Source: an uncultured bacterium (GTDB taxonomy: Bacteria > Chlamydiota > Chlamydiia > Chlamydiales > SM23-39). From it: a DNA stretch of 64,000 bases. A program made the position numbers and the translations under genes. Below are positions 1 through 9,717 of this stretch, in pieces. The stretch is from NCBI GenBank assembly GCA_963716985.1, contig OY970323.1, positions 1,312,001 through 1,376,000 on the forward strand. Reading direction: 5' to 3'. Each line of letters starts with the position of its first letter. Position 1 is the stretch's first letter. The notes beneath the pieces are model-generated. The model saw nothing but the letters and a program-made list of their open reading frames with translations. It was not told the origin of the DNA and searched no databases.

Positions 1-1
1 T

Positions 2-151
2 GTGCCAACAGCGCCCCATTTAATCTCCGGGTTTCTCATTTTCTTTCCAAAAGACAGAGCAGAATCGATCGATATGACCCACCAGGAATTTGTAAAATTT
101 GTCATTTCCTGCGGCATCGTGGTGCGCGAGAAATCCGCTAAAAAGAAATAG
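2..151 (+). CDS. DUF502-family protein, 3' end (partial)
   Basis: Frame 2 reads VPTAPHLISGFLIFFPKDRAESIDMTHQEFVKFVISCGIV, which resembles the DUF502 C-terminal VPT-P-P-SGF...ISxG motif. Stop TAG at 149-151. Confidence 0.7.
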   Translation: MPTAPHLISGFLIFFPKDRAESIDMTHQEFVKFVISCGIVVREKSAKKK

Positions 152-215
152 TCTTTTCCGAAAAGGCGCAAGCACTATGAAAAAACAGAAAAGAACAAAG
201 TTCTAGGAACTCCCC

Positions 216-635
216 ATGGACACAGCTGCTGCGAAAGCAATCTTTTTCGATGTAAAAAATGCCACGGATAAGTTGAAAAAGATCTACCAGACGGCAACTT
301 CCCATTTTGAAAAAAAAGAGCCCCTGCTTATTCTCGTTTCCGATGCTGCCGCAGCATTATTCATCGACGAATGGCTCTGGAAGATCGAAGACGCGAGTTT
401 TTTGCCCCATGCAGTATCGGACACACCCTCAAAAGAAATCATTTTAATCTCTACCACCCAAGAGGCCCATGAGCGTCCTTTTCTTTTTAACTTAGGCGCC
501 GATCTCCCAATGCGTACGGACAAGATAAAAATTTTTTATGAATTCGATGATAGCTCTTCCCCTTCAAAAAAAGAACTTTCCAAAAAAAAATTCACTTACT
601 ATCGGAACCTTGGGTTTTTGATTGAATCTCGTTAG
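216..635 (+). CDS. holC: DNA polymerase III subunit chi
   Basis: 139 aa with IDEWLW...SFLPH motif typical of HolC. Confidence 0.8.
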   Translation: MDTAAAKAIFFDVKNATDKLKKIYQTATSHFEKKEPLLILVSDAAAALFIDEWLWKIEDASFLPHAVSDTPSKEIILISTTQEAHERPFLFNLGADLPMRTDKIKIFYEFDDSSSPSKKELSKKKFTYYRNLGFLIESR

Positions 636-703
636 AAACCCTTGCCTCTATTGGCTCTTTGTACTATCATTTTTTGCATGTTTAAATAGGGAGTCTTTCG
701 CAA

Positions 704-883
704 ATGACACGCATGTCTAAACAGGGAAAAATCAGAAATATCAGTCCCCACAAAAGAAGAAAAAGAATCGTCAATAAAACGGGACCTAAAAAAGATCAAT
801 TAGCTTTAGGATTTAAAGAAAGAGTCAATGCCCTTTCTTTAGATGCCGCATCTCCTTTAACCTTCATCCCCAAAATTTCATAG
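704..883 (+). CDS. small basic protein (chlamydial CT421.1-like), 59 aa, absent from the ORF track
   Basis: Reads MTRMSKQGKIRNISPHKRRKRIVNK...; GGGAG Shine-Dalgarno upstream; lies directly before the PVC small basic protein gene as in other chlamydiae. Confidence 0.6.
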   Translation: MTRMSKQGKIRNISPHKRRKRIVNKTGPKKDQLALGFKERVNALSLDAASPLTFIPKIS

Positions 884-889
884 GATTTT

Positions 890-1045
890 ATGTCGCGCCA
901 TCAAAGCTACGGAAAAGCCAGTAAAAACGTCAAAAAACGCAATGTTTTGAAAAGATTCGAAAGGGTCGAGATTCTTCAAAAGCTTGGAAAATGGGATGGC
1001 AAAAAGGTCACGGCCCTTCCTAAAACACTAACGACTGCGAAATAG
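890..1045 (+). CDS. PVC-superphylum signature small basic protein, 51 aa, absent from the ORF track
   Basis: Reads MSRHQSYGKASKNVKKRNVLKRFERVEILQKLGKWDGKKVTALPKTLTTAK, containing the RNVLKRxER...W...LPK signature. Confidence 0.9.
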   Translation: MSRHQSYGKASKNVKKRNVLKRFERVEILQKLGKWDGKKVTALPKTLTTAK

Positions 1046-1050
1046 TTTTT

Positions 1051-1503
1051 GTGAAGGTCTCGATCTTCAATAGACAAAAAGCTCTTCCGGTAGATAAAAG
1101 AGTCGTTAAGAAAATTGTTGCTTTTTTTCTTTTGCAGGAGAAAATCTCTTGTGATGAAGTGGGCATTTATTTTGTCGAAAAAGAAGAAATATGCCCTCTT
1201 CACGAGAAGTTTTTTGAAGACCCCTCCCCCACTGATTGCATCTCCTTTCCGATTGCCCCTCCGAAAAGCCGTTCAACGGAGTTTTGTTTTTTAGGAGAGA
1301 TTTTTATCTGCAGTGAAGTTGCGCTTGAATACGCCTCTTGCCATCGTTTGGATCCTCTGGAAGAGCAGGCTCTTTATCTGATTCATGGACTTTTGCACCT
1401 GATCGGGTATGACGATCAATCCTTAACCGAGCGAAGATGCATGCGAAAAAAGGAAAAAAACTATATGAAGGTAGTAAGAGAAATTTTGAAGAAGAAAAAA
1501 TGA
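1051..1503 (+). CDS. ybeY: rRNA maturation endoribonuclease YbeY
   Basis: PTDCISF, GEIFIC and HGLLHLIGYDD motifs. Confidence 0.93.
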   Translation: MKVSIFNRQKALPVDKRVVKKIVAFFLLQEKISCDEVGIYFVEKEEICPLHEKFFEDPSPTDCISFPIAPPKSRSTEFCFLGEIFICSEVALEYASCHRLDPLEEQALYLIHGLLHLIGYDDQSLTERRCMRKKEKNYMKVVREILKKKK

Positions 1504-2849
1504 TGCATGAATCTTTGACCCCCTATTTGCTACTTATTTTCTTAAGCGGAGCGAGTCTCCTTACGACCTTTAGCACCGCTCTTTTGCGTCTTGGCAAATT
1601 CCGATGTACAACTCTTTTAGACGAAAAAAAATCTCATCTCTTCTTCTTTTTTTTCCTTTTCGAACGTCTTTTCCCTGCAAACGAGTGGGAAAATCTTTAC
1701 TTCATCATCAGCTTCACAAAATATATCCTGCACATACTCTATGCCATATCTGCTTTTCTTTTTTTGGACCACTATCTGCCCCTCTCTACTTCCCATTTTT
1801 TGCCAGAACAAAACTGGGCGCATATTGCCATCTATCTCGTAGGAATCGTCGCCCTTTCTATCCTACTTGACTTCCTCATGCGCTTGGCAGCGACCCTTCG
1901 GCCCAAAAATCTTTTTGAACTCTCCGCTCCATTATCTTCCATTTATCTCTTCTTTTTTTTCCCGCTCACCGGACTTCTTTTAAAAGCCACTGCCTATTTT
2001 TTTCAAAAACTCCATATTGAAGAAACACCGGGCCAATATTTTCTTGCCAAAGACCGCCTCGCAGAGGTGTTGCAAGATTCCGGCCTTTCAAAGCTCTTGG
2101 ACACTCAAGATCAAAAAATGATCCATTCCTTTTTCTCCTTTCGAGAAAAAGTGGCCAGAGAAATTATGGTGCCCCGTGTCGATCTTTTCTGCCTGCCGTC
2201 GACCGCAACGATCCGTGAAGCAACAAAGCTTTTTGTAGAAGAAGATTTTAGCCGCATCCCTGTCTATAAAGATGATCTGGACAATATCATTGGCGTGCTC
2301 CTATTCAAAGACGTCCTTAAAATTTATAAGAAAAACGAAGATAAAAAAGACACGCAAGACCTGCTCAATTTAACGCTGGAAAGCATCGCCAAGCCCGTGA
2401 TCTACGCCCCTGAAAATAAAAAAATTTCCCATCTGTTCCAAGAGCTGCGAACAAAGCAGATCCATTTGGCCATTATCGTCAATGAATATGGGGGAACGGA
2501 AGGAATTGTGACTATCGAGGACATTCTGGAAGAGATCGTCGGCGACATCGAAGATGAGTTTGATACCGAAGCGGATCGTTCCTATTGGAAACTTCCCGAT
2601 GGAAGCTGGGTTGTCGATGCCAAAATGAGCATCGTGGACATCGAAAGCAAGCTCGATGTAAAAATTCCTCATCATCCTGAATATGAGACCATTGGAGGAT
2701 TCGTCTTCCATCGGGCCAGCGCCATTCCGTCAAAGGGGTGGAAACTGATTCATGACAACTTCCATCTAGAAGTTTTGGCTTCGAACGAACGTTTTATTGA
2801 AAAAATCCGCTTGATCCCGATTGTTTCTGAACTCCTTGAAAAAGAATGA
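1500..2849 (+). CDS. CNNM/CBS/CorC-HlyC hemolysin-family (TlyC-like) membrane protein
   Basis: N-terminal TM helices; AREIMVPR, FSRIPVY, GIVTIEDILEEIVG and YETIGGFV motifs. Start probably at 1500 or 1503, overlapping the ybeY stop. Confidence 0.88.
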   Translation: MMHESLTPYLLLIFLSGASLLTTFSTALLRLGKFRCTTLLDEKKSHLFFFFFLFERLFPANEWENLYFIISFTKYILHILYAISAFLFLDHYLPLSTSHFLPEQNWAHIAIYLVGIVALSILLDFLMRLAATLRPKNLFELSAPLSSIYLFFFFPLTGLLLKATAYFFQKLHIEETPGQYFLAKDRLAEVLQDSGLSKLLDTQDQKMIHSFFSFREKVAREIMVPRVDLFCLPSTATIREATKLFVEEDFSRIPVYKDDLDNIIGVLLFKDVLKIYKKNEDKKDTQDLLNLTLESIAKPVIYAPENKKISHLFQELRTKQIHLAIIVNEYGGTEGIVTIEDILEEIVGDIEDEFDTEADRSYWKLPDGSWVVDAKMSIVDIESKLDVKIPHHPEYETIGGFVFHRASAIPSKGWKLIHDNFHLEVLASNERFIEKIRLIPIVSELLEKE

Positions 2850-2897
2850 CCTCTCTGGCAAAATTTCGAACAATTAACGGAAGGGAGAATAGATCCG

Positions 2898-4799
2898 ATG
2901 CGTCGTTCCATTTGTTTTTGCGAGCCTAGCTTTGCCATCGCCGGCGAAAGCAATACCTGGAAGTTTGTCTATACCCCTTCGATCGACCTTCCCAAAGGCA
3001 CATCTTTGACCTTCGACCTGCTCTCCAGCAAGAAACCGGGAGAGTGGCAGATCCCGGAGTCGAACCCTAAAGCAAAAACAAACCTGATTTGGGCTACGAT
3101 AGCAGCAGGCAAGCCCATCTATGCAAAAATCCATCAAGGCTCTGCTTTTGAATCTCCCAAATTTGAGTTTTCCCTGCCGTCGGCTCTTAAATCAGGAGAG
3201 CATTTCTCAATTTTTATGGGCAGCCCCGCGTCCGGTGCGAAAACCGGCAATTTTTGCCAAACTAACATTCAAAGACGACGCCCTTTCAAGTTATTGATCG
3301 ACACAAAGGTCAAAGGCCAAATCGTCGAGCCGGAAATCTTCCATATGGACGTGAAGGGAAACCTGCTCAAAACTCTTCGCATCATCGTTCCCTCTTTTGT
3401 TGCCAGAAATCGACGATTTGACATTGTGATCCGCTTTGAAGACGTGTTTGGAAATCTTACGTCCAATGCTCCCAAAGAAACCTTGATTGAACTTACTTAT
3501 GAGAATCTTCGGGAAAACCTTTATTGGAAGCTCTTCATCCCGGAAACCGGATTCATTACTTTGCCAAATCTGTACTTCAACGAACCCGGCATCTACCGTA
3601 TCCAACTCAAAAATCTTTCCACAAAAGAATTATTCTTTTCCCCTCCAATCAAATGTTTCCCCGAGTCCAGCGATTCTCTATTTTGGGGACTTCTTCATGG
3701 AGAGTCCGAAAAATTTGACGCCGGTGAAAATATCGAAAGCTTCTTAAGGCAATGCCGCGACGAAAAAGCGCTGCAATTTATCAGCACATCTCCTTTTGAT
3801 AGCGAGCAAGAGACGTCCAACGATAAATGGAAGAACATCTCCAACCAGATTGCCGAGATCAACGAAGAGGAGCGTTTCATCACTTTCCTGGGATTCCAGT
3901 GGGAAGGAACTCCTAGAGAAGAGGGTATTCGTGAGTTCATTTATACAAAAGATAGCAAACCCATTCTTCGCAAAAAGGACATCAAGCACAATTCCCTAAA
4001 AAAGATCTACAAGATCTACCAGCCCAAAGACTTAATTTCCATCCCCTGTTTTACGATGAGCGCGGATTTCTTGTTTGATTTTAAGGAATTCAATCCGGAA
4101 TTTGAGAGAGTTGCCGAAATCTACAACTGCTGGGGATGCTCTGAATGCACGGAAAAAGAGGGCAATCCCTTCCCCATTCGGAAATCCGTAAAAAAGACAG
4201 AAGAAAATGAAGCGGGAGCTCTTCGAAAAGCGCTGAATAATAATTGCCGTTTTGGCTTTGTTGCCGGAGGTCTTGATGACCGGGGGATTTACAGCTCCTT
4301 TTATGGCTCGGAACATGTGCAATATTCTCCTGGGCTTACCGCCATCATCGCAACGACCCAAACCAGAGATGTGCTTTTAGATGCCCTTTACCATCGTCGC
4401 TGCTACGCAACGACAGGAGAACGCATAGTCATTGATCTCCAGGTCGCGCAAAGCCCGATGGGGTCAGAGCTTGATACGCAAAAAAGGCCCGGGCTTGCTT
4501 ATAGCCGCCATCTCACCGGATATGCCATCGGAACAGATTACATCCAAAAAATCGAAATCATTCGAAACGGCAAGGTCTATGCGACCTTCACCCCGGAAGG
4601 AAATAGCTACGAGTTTGCTATCGACGATACAGATCCGATCGCATCGATCACCCTAGACGGAGGCAGTGAAAAACCGCCCTTTGTCTATTATTATCTTCGC
4701 GTGCTACAAAAAAATGGCCATATGGCCTGGAGCTCTCCTGTCTGGATCGACCATTTCGAAGAAAAAAATGGAAAAAAGATGAAGAAAAAGGGCTTGTAG
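2898..4799 (+). CDS. DUF3604 domain (PHP-like) protein, conserved in chlamydiae
   Basis: FWGLLHGES, RRCYATTGERI and YYYLRVLQKNGHMAWSSPVW motifs; syntenic after the CNNM gene. Confidence 0.8.
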   Translation: MRRSICFCEPSFAIAGESNTWKFVYTPSIDLPKGTSLTFDLLSSKKPGEWQIPESNPKAKTNLIWATIAAGKPIYAKIHQGSAFESPKFEFSLPSALKSGEHFSIFMGSPASGAKTGNFCQTNIQRRRPFKLLIDTKVKGQIVEPEIFHMDVKGNLLKTLRIIVPSFVARNRRFDIVIRFEDVFGNLTSNAPKETLIELTYENLRENLYWKLFIPETGFITLPNLYFNEPGIYRIQLKNLSTKELFFSPPIKCFPESSDSLFWGLLHGESEKFDAGENIESFLRQCRDEKALQFISTSPFDSEQETSNDKWKNISNQIAEINEEERFITFLGFQWEGTPREEGIREFIYTKDSKPILRKKDIKHNSLKKIYKIYQPKDLISIPCFTMSADFLFDFKEFNPEFERVAEIYNCWGCSECTEKEGNPFPIRKSVKKTEENEAGALRKALNNNCRFGFVAGGLDDRGIYSSFYGSEHVQYSPGLTAIIATTQTRDVLLDALYHRRCYATTGERIVIDLQVAQSPMGSELDTQKRPGLAYSRHLTGYAIGTDYIQKIEIIRNGKVYATFTPEGNSYEFAIDDTDPIASITLDGGSEKPPFVYYYLRVLQKNGHMAWSSPVWIDHFEEKNGKKMKKKGL

Positions 4800-5068
4800 C
4801 AGCTTGACAAAATATAGAGGGAATTGCAAAACCAATACAACTTTTTGTTCATAAGTCCCTCCAAAAAGTGTGCGCTGCTCCCCAAAAATTGGGCACTTGA
4901 ATAAGCCATAATTTCTTCCTCTCTCCATTTTCTGCTGCGCCATCCACGTTTTTTTGCCTTTTTCGAGCTACTCGATTTTTTGAATCTTTTTGGTCACAAG
5001 AATGTTTTTTTTCTAGATAAAACAATTCCCGATCTTTTAAATTGGATGCCTATTTTTGGAGAATGGAC

Positions 5069-6970
5069 ATGTATTGGTTTTTCCGCCTCTTACTGACTGG
5101 ACTTACAATGTTCAACGTCTGTTTTGCTGAAGAAGAGGAGGATGAATATCCCTGGATTGATAGCTACACAATTTCTTATGGTGGGATCAGTTTTGAATGC
5201 ACTAAAGGATGTGGCGATCCATTCTATAATCCGGGAATGGAAACGATCGATTCTATGTTTTATAACTGTCTTGAAAAAACAGTGGGTCATCCATCCCCTG
5301 CCTTATGGTGGTTATTCCCAAATGGCATGTCGGAAAAGCTGTGGGAACGAGAGGATATCTGTAAATATTCTGTCATGAATTGGCAGAGAGGAAAAAATAA
5401 AGCTAAAATTCAAGGATATGACACCTTCTTGCTAGATTCATATTCCCGTTTGCCAGTTGTTATCGAAAGATTTTACAAAGACTTGGGATATAATCACATT
5501 CAATCTCTTTCTGTTTACAATGAAAAAATTAAAGAAAAAAAATCCATTCTGGAAACTCTTGTGTCTTTGAAAAAGGATGGCTGTTTAAGCATTGACTATG
5601 ATCCTGATGGAAAAATGCTTGGGAATCATTACGCAGGCGGATATTCAATTGATATCGATGAGGCAATCGAGAGTGCTCAAGAAAAACTCAAGGAAGTAGA
5701 GAATGATATAGAGAGCGAACATGAGGAGTTCCATGATTCGATTGAAATTGCTGAAGAGACATTCAGAGAAATTGACGAACAATTCAAAAAAATCTTCATC
5801 CGGTGTCTTAATAACCACCAGCCCGAGGGGATCGCATTTAATAGTGCCTTAGAAAATTTTCTGCTGGGCGATATAGATGGAGGCGTCGCACAAATTCGCG
5901 AGCTCATTCAAACGGCAGAAGAGTGCGAATTAGGAGATGATCTCATCGCAAAGCTCTATTTTCTCAAAGGAGAAATACAAGCCGAAGGTTCTCTTTACGC
6001 AGATGCAATTGCAGATCTCACCACAGCAATCCAAAAAATGCCTTCCATGAAAGAAGCCTATCTTGAACGCGCTGCTAGCTATTTTGAACTTGGGAAGTTT
6101 GATCAGTCGATCCAAGATTATCTTTCATCGGGTATTCGCCCGACCTATGACACAAATCCTACAGATTGGGGTCTTGGCATTAGTGCAGGATTATTCAAAG
6201 GTGCCGGACAATCGGTGGCTGATTTTATCCCTTCTTCTCTTGTCACCCTACGTGGACTTGGCAATGGATTATGGACTTTTGTTAAAAGCCCAGTAGGGGC
6301 TTCTCGCGAATTGATTGAGTCTACGAAAAAACTTATCGAATTATTGCAGTCCAATTCAGCTATTGAAACATTGCAAGAAATCGTCCCTGAATTGAAAGAA
6401 CTCATTCAAAACAACAACAAGCTCAGCGATTTTAGAAAGGGTGAGTTGGTAGGTCTTGCGATCGGTAAATATGGAGTTGACATTTTTCTCGCCAAATATG
6501 GAACAACCGCGATTAAAGCATATCGTGAACTCAAACAGGCCAATCAGCTTATGACATTAGAAGCATTGGCAACTCCTCAAAAAACACAAACAATTCTTTC
6601 CGAAGCAAATAAACGATGGGCTCATCGAGAACAAGTCTTAAAAAACGCCACGCTCAATATCCAGTGGGATAAACTGGGGAAACATATGGAAGGCCATTAG
6701 AATTATGAAAAATTAGTGAATGATCATCGAAACCCAAGCATTTTTACTCATCCGAATCCTGAGAAGTTAATTAAAGAATATGCCGGAACTGGCATCAAAG
6801 ATATTAATCTTATACCTGGTACTCCAGCATATAGAGAGCTTGTGAATTTTAAAGAGTTTATTGGATATGCTGTTGACCCAAATACTGGGGAAAAAACTGC
6901 AACAACATGGGGCAAGATTCACTATGCAAAAGATGGAGTTCATATTGTTCCAAGCTTGCCAAGGAAATGA
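5069..6970 (+). pseudogene. secreted TPR-containing polymorphic toxin with C-terminal Ntox50-like RNase domain, interrupted by in-frame TAG at 6698-6700
   Basis: Signal-peptide-like N-terminus; TPRs (AKLYFLKGEI..AIADLTTAI..EAYLERAASYFELG). ORFs 5042-6700 and 6716-6970 are in the same frame. The joined sequence GKHMEGH*NY...KEYAGTG...RELVNFKEFIGY...TTWGKIHYAKDGVHIVP matches the Ntox50 pattern. Confidence 0.8.
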
Positions 6971-7303
6971 CAGTTCTGCTTCCTCCAATATATGCAGCAT
7001 TATTCATTGAGATTGTTTAAGAAAAAAGATTGAGATATTAGGGATTTATAATTATGCTCTCGCCTTTAAATACTTTACTATTGGATATTCAAGGTGCATT
7101 AATCAATGCCGTCGCACCTTCCTTGAGGGCTGTTACTGGGGTGTGACAAACAATCAGAAGACGTCCAACAATGGCCCAAGAGAGCCGTAGTACTACCCCC
7201 CTATTTTTTGTCCAACTTTACTACACAAACCTTTCAATAAAATCTTGACTTCACAACAACAAAACCGTCACAATGTTTAGTCATTTTTCCCGATAGGATA
7301 AAA

Positions 7304-7669
7304 ATGAAGAAAGAACGGCCTGGTGAATTGCACCAGAAAATCAAGCGGCTACGAACATCCAGAGATGCGCTGAAGCATCACAATTATGAAAAAACCCAGC
7401 AGAACAAAAAACTTCGCGACAGGAATGTAGAGATTGCTGAAAGTCGCGATCATTGGAAAGATCGTAATAAAGAGCTTGACCAGCAAAAGGAAGGCCTGGA
7501 GCAACAAATACAAGTTGCGCAGGAGAGATTACTGGAGGCTCAAGAGAAGATACAGACTGCAAAGAAAGAGATAGAGCGCGAGCGAATACGAGCTGATGAG
7601 GAACGCAGGCGCGCAGATCAACTCCAAACTGAAATTGAAGCAGCTCGAAAAAAAAAACAGGGGTCTTGA
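7304..7669 (+). CDS. IS orfA, coiled-coil protein
   Basis: 121 aa charged heptad-rich protein inside the IS; SD-like AGGA upstream; ends just after an A10 run. Confidence 0.7.
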   Translation: MKKERPGELHQKIKRLRTSRDALKHHNYEKTQQNKKLRDRNVEIAESRDHWKDRNKELDQQKEGLEQQIQVAQERLLEAQEKIQTAKKEIERERIRADEERRRADQLQTEIEAARKKKQGS

Positions 7670-9020
7670 AAATTTGATTCCAAAGATGGGAGAGAAAGCC
7701 CCGCGTGGTTGGTATCCCATCTTGATGATCATCATGTGCATTAGGCTAGTGCTCCAAGCTACTATTTCATTTCGCGCAGCTCCTAAGGCGATTCATATTG
7801 CATTTTCTCAATTCGATGCTGTCAAAGATCAACCGATTCCAACATACAAAAGCATCAGCAGATGGCTAACGCAGATAGGTCTCTATAAGTTGAATTGCCC
7901 GAAAGAACAAGCAAATGACTGGGCACTAGTCATTGACAATTCAGTCCAAATTGGTACTCAAAAATGTCTTGTAATTTTAGGAATGCGTCTGAGTAAGTTT
8001 CAGAAGGGAAAAGCACTAACTCTCGAGGACATGGAAGTACTGATTATAGAGCTCCATGATCAGTCCAACGCGAATATTGTCTGCAGGGCATTGGAGAATG
8101 CACAGAAAAAAATTGGAAAGGCTGCTATGGTATGCGCTGATGATGGTTCAGATCTCCGAGGCGGAATTGAACTGTTTTGTCAGAAGCATGGTGCTGGCCG
8201 CGTTTTTGACACTATTCATAAAATTGGCACTTTTTTAAAAAAGATTTTCGAGGATGATTCGGAATGGCAAGCTTTTTCAACAGCTGCGGCAGCTGCCAAG
8301 AATAAGATGCAGCAAACACAGGCAGCTCATCTCATGCCACCCAACCAAAGGACGAAGTCTCGATTCCTCAATATCGAGATTCTTGCGCGATGGGGAATTG
8401 ACATTATGGTTGCCATAGATACGCCGAACCATCCTGACAAGGATCTGCTCGAACAATACTGTGGCTGGATTCGTCAATATACAGGGCTCATTGAAAGATT
8501 GAAACAATTTGACCTCATCAGTCGGAAAACTAGACAGTATATCCGCGAGAATGGAGTGAGTTTTAGCACAGGAGAGCAGATAGATGCATTTTTGGAAGAG
8601 GAAATGAAGTCCTTAAATTTTAATGCAGAAGCATGCGAATACGCTGGAGCGCTGATAGATTTCTTCTACGAACAGTCGAAAGTCGTCCCTTTTGGACAAA
8701 CCTGGCTTGGTTCAAGCGAAATCATAGAATCTCTATTTGGAAAATTGAAAAGTCTCGAGAATGACCAAAGCAAGGGAGGCTTCACGCCGCTTATTCTGGG
8801 AGTAGCTGCGTGCGTCGGTAAAGTGGATATTGCTTTGGTGAAGGCAGCCATGACACATATAAAGATAAGTGATGTCGACACGTGGACAAGAGAACAGGTC
8901 GGATCGACGCTACTTTCCAGAAGAAGGAAAGCTTTGGCGTTCTGGAGAAAAAAGAATTTTCAAAAAAATATTGTACACGAATCGGCTGGAGCCGTCAGGA
9001 GCGAAGCGATTGGTTTTTAG
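7596..9020 (+). CDS. IS orfB, putative DDE transposase (true start uncertain)
   Basis: Candidate catalytic motifs WALVIDNSVQIG, ADDGSDL, DTIHK and SSEIIESLFGKLK; fills the element between the IRs. Confidence 0.8.
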   Translation: MRNAGAQINSKLKLKQLEKKNRGLENLIPKMGEKAPRGWYPILMIIMCIRLVLQATISFRAAPKAIHIAFSQFDAVKDQPIPTYKSISRWLTQIGLYKLNCPKEQANDWALVIDNSVQIGTQKCLVILGMRLSKFQKGKALTLEDMEVLIIELHDQSNANIVCRALENAQKKIGKAAMVCADDGSDLRGGIELFCQKHGAGRVFDTIHKIGTFLKKIFEDDSEWQAFSTAAAAAKNKMQQTQAAHLMPPNQRTKSRFLNIEILARWGIDIMVAIDTPNHPDKDLLEQYCGWIRQYTGLIERLKQFDLISRKTRQYIRENGVSFSTGEQIDAFLEEEMKSLNFNAEACEYAGALIDFFYEQSKVVPFGQTWLGSSEIIESLFGKLKSLENDQSKGGFTPLILGVAACVGKVDIALVKAAMTHIKISDVDTWTREQVGSTLLSRRRKALAFWRKKNFQKNIVHESAGAVRSEAIGF

Positions 9021-9717
9021 TGGTCAACTATCAATTTGTCACACCCCAGGCTGTTACTGCTGATATTGACTTAAAGAACAAAAAGTTAATTTTGTTTTTT
9101 TTCTACGATGGAATCATTACTGATAAATTATTTGACTTAGCAAGTGTTGCGGCTACTGAAGCCGGCGTTTCGCTGCCCGAATATTTTACTGATGATCACT
9201 ATGTTCAATTGGATTATCCCAAAGAAATTCCCATTCAAGGCAAACTTGCTTATTTACGATACGAACCTCATTTACCGAAATTTAAGAAAGAAAACCGATC
9301 TTATCTTCTAAAACAATCGAGGCCATCCGTTGTTCTTCTGCTTGATATGCAAGAAGCTTTGTTGGGAAAAGTAACCCCCTCTTTACGTCGCGCAGCAGGA
9401 GAAGTCGACATCGAAAATAAACGATTGATCTTTTATTTTGTATACGATGGAAAAATCTCTGAAACAGATTATCGATTGGCTACTGCTGCAATTCAAGAGT
9501 CCGGCTCTTCTTTTCCCGGCTATATAATAGAATCTCACATCGATAGAATCGACTATCCAAATGAAAGATCCACATACAAATGTTATGGAGCTTATTTAAG
9601 ACAAGAAGATTGAGGAAGCTCAGGCGAGCCCGGCTTTGCCAGGAGATGTAGGCGCACCTCATGTTTTCTGGAGAAAAATTGAGCGGCTGTCGGGCTGTGT
9701 TCTCTACTGATGGAGAG

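Larger units (their letters stand above)
7137..9048 (+). mobile_element. insertion sequence, 1912 bp, family unassigned (DDE, possibly IS256/p-MULT related)
   Basis: Perfect terminal inverted repeats TGGGGTGTGACAAA / TTTGTCACACCCCA; direct repeat GGCTGTTAC at 7128-7136 and 9049-9057. An alternative reading is a 15-bp IR with a 7-bp DR. Confidence 0.92.
7054..9613 (+). pseudogene. putative immunity protein with tandemly duplicated domain, split by an IS (fragments 7054-7136 and 9058-9613)
   Basis: Removing the IS and one target duplication gives a 639-nt ORF (212 aa): MLSPLNTLLLDIQGALINAVAPSLRAVT|ADIDLKNKKLILFFFYDG..., with a second repeat LLLDMQEALLGKVTPSLRRAAGEVDIENKRLIFYFVYDG. It lies directly downstream of the toxin. 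Confidence 0.75.

Noticed and set aside
6698..6700. Programmed amber readthrough (pyrrolysine or recoding) in the toxin
   Set aside because: TAG serves as an ordinary stop for several genes here and no pyl genes are in the window. A nonsense mutation is simpler.
8882..9017. Track ORF 8882-9613 as a genuine 243-aa gene
   Set aside because: Its N-terminal part is IS sequence in an alternative frame. The original 5' end is at 7054.
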